From a virus: DNA of 64,000 nucleotides. Positions 62,656 through 64,000 of this stretch are shown here, in pieces. The translations under genes were made by a program, and so were the position numbers. The notes beneath the pieces were generated by a model. It saw only the letters and a program-made list of their open reading frames with translations, made no database searches and had not been told where the DNA came from. Location of the stretch: positions 22,682 to 86,681 of IMG/VR virus record IMGVR_UViG_3300034691_000037; one strand, 5' to 3'. Numbering within the stretch: the stretch's first letter is position 1; each line of letters starts with the position of its first letter.

Positions 62656-64000
62656 AAAAAAAACTCAGACGGGTTGATCGTTACCAATGCTGGGTGATCC
62701 AACTTGATACCTTCGTCTTTGTCGATTGGCTGCTTACACTTCGGACAGTGCACTTTTGGAATGCAAACTGTCGTCAGGGTCATGGCCGCGATGAATTTCT
62801 CCAAAGCGTCGGTGAACTTCTTGGTCAGTTCAGGGTCAGAAGCGAAGTCACGCAGGAAGTCATCGATTTCCCTGTCCGCTTCGAACTGCTGATCAGGCGT
62901 AGAACCTTCTGGTAACAGACGGGTCTGAATCACCTCAGGTTCGGCTTCCAGCTCATCGCCTTGACGCACCACCGCCTCAACCCAGCAGGCATAGGCCATC
63001 ACAGTGGATATCTGCTGAGCCCGCAGCAGATAGTTCTGACGATCTTCTTCACGAGCATTACTGGAGATCAGCTGCTTGGATTCAGCAGTCATGTTATCGA
63101 GCCACGCTGTAGATGTCGACTCGTACTGCGCCAATGTAGGCACACGCAGTTTCAGCCGAACGCCATTACCCAGGTCAATGTAACGGCTAACTTCAGGCCG
63201 CATCTTGGCTTGGTAATTCAGGATGGTCTTGATATCGTGTTGACCGCTACGCTTGGACATGAACCGTTTCTGGTGTTCGTCCAAACGACTATCGAGTACG
63301 ATGACCATGCGGTTGATGTTCAGCAAGTCCGTGATCTCGCCATCGCAGTTAAGTGCAGAGTTAGTGCAATAACGAGTGACAGGGAAACCTTTTGGAAACA
63401 GGCTGAACGCCATGCTGGTGATCATCTGATCGAAGTCAAGCAGGGTGATGATGCTTTTCAGGGTTTTGGGATCAACCGTACCCGCGGTGGTGTTCAAGAA
63501 ATGCTTGATGGCAAAGTCTGCCAACTCACGGTTCAGGAACACTGCCGGTGCTGCAAGCGAATAGCCTGCAGATTCCATGGCCTCCCGTACCTTTTCCTGA
63601 CCGAGCTGCGTATCCAGACCCAATTGAGCCAACGCCCCCGGTGCAATCATTCGTACATGCAGGCCCGAACCCCACATTGGGAACGCAACGCGCTGAGACA
63701 GACCCAGTGCGTCACGCACGGCCATCATGCCGTTACCGTTCTTGGCCGGCTGTACCAAACCCATCATGATGGGGATGTCATCGACCAGTGGACGGTTGGT
63801 GGCAGCTTCACCTTCTTCGATGATATCGCCGATGTGGTTGAATGACACCTGACGAAGGTGTTGCGCAACCTGATTCATGGCCTGCTGTTCAGGTTCGGTG
63901 ATATAGATCTTACCCACCCCATCCAAATCGAGCTGGATGAACTGGTCACGCGGAAGACCCTGGTTGATTTTCGAATAGCGGTCGCGCTGAGCAGCGAAGA
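62616..64000 (-). CDS. Tail/baseplate assembly chaperone-like protein with Cys pairs (5' end outside the window)
   Basis: CTNSALNC and CPKC; LKLRVPT; ends EFFF on a T9 run; the frame is open to the window edge. Confidence 0.6.
   Translation of the reverse strand, partial: FAAQRDRYSKINQGLPRDQFIQLDLDGVGKIYITEPEQQAMNQVAQHLRQVSFNHIGDIIEEGEAATNRPLVDDIPIMMGLVQPAKNGNGMMAVRDALGLSQRVAFPMWGSGLHVRMIAPGALAQLGLDTQLGQEKVREAMESAGYSLAAPAVFLNRELADFAIKHFLNTTAGTVDPKTLKSIITLLDFDQMITSMAFSLFPKGFPVTRYCTNSALNCDGEITDLLNINRMVIVLDSRLDEHQKRFMSKRSGQHDIKTILNYQAKMRPEVSRYIDLGNGVRLKLRVPTLAQYESTSTAWLDNMTAESKQLISSNAREEDRQNYLLRAQQISTVMAYACWVEAVVRQGDELEAEPEVIQTRLLPEGSTPDQQFEADREIDDFLRDFASDPELTKKFTDALEKFIAAMTLTTVCIPKVHCPKCKQPIDKDEGIKLDHPALVTINPSEFFFTLLRRSIARHRP

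Noticed and set aside
1-64000. Genome-wide TGA or TAG recoding
   Set aside because: Many genes end at TGA in ATGA overlaps (2675, 4850, 9720, 13443, 23004, 50427) and coding density is high in code 11. Only one in-frame TGA case was seen.

Overview
This window is 64 kb of a phiKZ-related jumbo phage genome (Chimalliviridae-like), probably infecting Pseudomonas because it carries a close AmrZ homolog. Positions 1-34.2 kb are a tightly packed minus-strand accessory/early region: small hypothetical genes, two Nudix proteins, an orphan TAXI solute-binding protein, two AAA+ ATPases, a protein phosphatase, a dTMP module (tmk, Nudix, small membrane protein, an insertion-expanded ThyA), AmrZ, a ParB-like domain and a LigA OB/Zn-finger fragment. 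Positions 34.3-64 kb are a virion/replication block: eight internal head-protein paralogs with S-x-E maturation sites, probable baseplate/tail proteins, the exonuclease-containing half of a split family-B DNA polymerase, an HExxH virion protein and a tail-chaperone-like gene pair. The main findings are: (i) an operon of seven divergent paralogous microproteins (N-terminal RKK, central DGG/DPD, C-terminal [DN][YF]T[RK]) running directly into an AAA+ ATPase; (ii) three recoding candidates, namely a T9 -1 frameshift joining the chaperone-like pair, an A_AAG plus hairpin -1 frameshift fusing a head protein to a ParB-like domain, and an in-frame UGA-C in an AAA ATPase; (iii) a ~175-nt structured RNA candidate; (iv) a family of CATA...TATG-closed hairpins; (v) a ThyA inflated by tandem repeat modules. 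No tRNA, rRNA, CRISPR array or IS element was seen. All family assignments come from motif recognition and recalled gene order, not database searches, and phiKZ gene-number equivalences are tentative.
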